Shown: positions 62,873 through 64,000 of the stretch, in pieces
Layout: each line of letters begins with the position of its first letter
Position numbering within the stretch: the stretch's first letter is position 1
Assembly: GCF_009914755.1 (NCBI RefSeq)
Contig: NC_060930.1
Reading direction: 5' to 3' (one strand)
Origin: the human T2T-CHM13v2.0 reference genome, Homo sapiens
DNA length: 64,000 nucleotides
Made by a program: the position numbers and the translations under genes
Notes under the pieces: model-generated
Databases searched by the model: none
What the model was told of the DNA's origin: nothing
What the model saw: only the letters and a program-made list of their open reading frames with translations

Positions 62873-64000
62873 TTTTTTTTTTAGTTTTTAAAAAAATAGA
62901 TTCAGGGGTTCCATGTGCACATATATTACATGAATATATTGCATAATTGTGAGATTTGGGCTTCTAGTGTACTCAACACTCAAATAGTGAACATTATACC
63001 CAATAGGTAATTTTTCAATCATACCCACCCTCCCATACTCTCCCAGTGTTGATTATTTTTGGAGTCCCAGTGTTGATTATTTCCATCATTATGTCCATCT
63101 GTACCCACCGTTTAGCTCTCACTTATAAGTGAAAACATGCAGTATTAAATTTTCTGAGTTATTTCACTTAGATTAACGCCCCCCAGCTCCAATCATCTTG
63201 CTGTAAAAGACATGACTTCATTCTTTTTCATGGCTGCATGGTATTCCATGGTGTATATATACCACATTTTTTTTCAATCCAGTCATCCACTGATAGGCAC
63301 TTAGGTTAATCCCATGACTTTGCTATTGCGAACAGTACTGAAATAAACATGCAAGTGCAGATGTCTTTTTTACATGACGACTTCTGTTCATTTGGGAAGG
63401 TACACAGTAACGCGATTGCTGAGTCAAACAGTAATTATATTTTTAGTTTTTTGAGAAATCTCCATACTGTTTTCCATAGAGGTTGTACTTATTTACATTT
63501 TCAAAAACAGTGAATAAGTGCTTCCCTTCAAGTCCTTCCCAACATCTGTTGTTTTTAGACTTTTTAATGATAGCTATTCTGACTGGTGTAAAATGGTATC
63601 TTATTGTGGTCTTAATTTGCATTTCTCTGATGATTGCTGATGTTGAGCATTTTTTTCTATGTGTGTTGATCATTTGTGTATCTTCTTTTGAGAAATGTCT
63701 GCTCACATCCTTTGTCCACTTTTTAATGGTATTATTTGTGCTTTTTCTTGTGCAGTTGTTTGAGTTTCTTGTAGACTCTGGATATTATTTCTTTGCCAGA
63801 TGCACAGTTTGGAAATAGTTTTTTCTCCTTCTGTAGGTTGTTTGTTTACTCTGTTGATTATTTCTTTTTGCTGTGCAGAACCTTTTAGTTTAATTAAGTC
63901 CCATTTGTCTATTTTTGTTTTTGTGCGTTTGCTTTTAAGGTCTTATATGCAAATTCTTTGCTGAGGCCAAAGTCCAGTTGAGTTTTCCCTAGGCTTTCCT
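62873..64000 (-). mobile_element. L1PB3/4-like 3' end, continuing beyond the window
   Basis: ORF2 C-terminal peptide [12 protein letters not shown]...[19 protein letters not shown]; L1PB-type 3'UTR with an 18-bp duplication TCCCAGTGTTGATTATTT (63041 and 63065). Confidence 0.92.

Overview
AT-rich, repeat-dense primate DNA, almost certainly human: it contains an AluYa5 and an LTR5_Hs solo LTR. I found no convincing cellular protein-coding exon, RNA gene or CpG island. Nearly all long ORFs are decayed LINE-1 ORF1/ORF2 pieces, HERV-K9 (HML-3) env pieces, Alu-derived frames or low-complexity sequence. The window is a stack of L1 (L1PA/PB/MA/M), Alu/FLAM, MaLR/ERV LTRs, MIR/L2 and DNA transposons; subfamily names come from recalled consensus sequences, not a search. 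The most unusual signals are structural. (1) A polyadenylated, TSD-flanked retrocopy of a transcript that ended at the poly(A) site of a MER41A LTR. (2) Two L1PA copies 21 kb apart with different 3' UTR diagnostics that share private internal variants, suggesting gene conversion. (3) A HERV-K9 fragment with only a 3' LTR but an apparent TSD. (4) Several locally templated insertions (direct, inverted and iterative) copied from adjacent sequence or from 0.8-2.4 kb away. (5) Two twin-priming L1 inversions, one only about 20 nt long. (6) A dense GATA-motif cluster in unique sequence. I see no evidence for a new multi-gene system.
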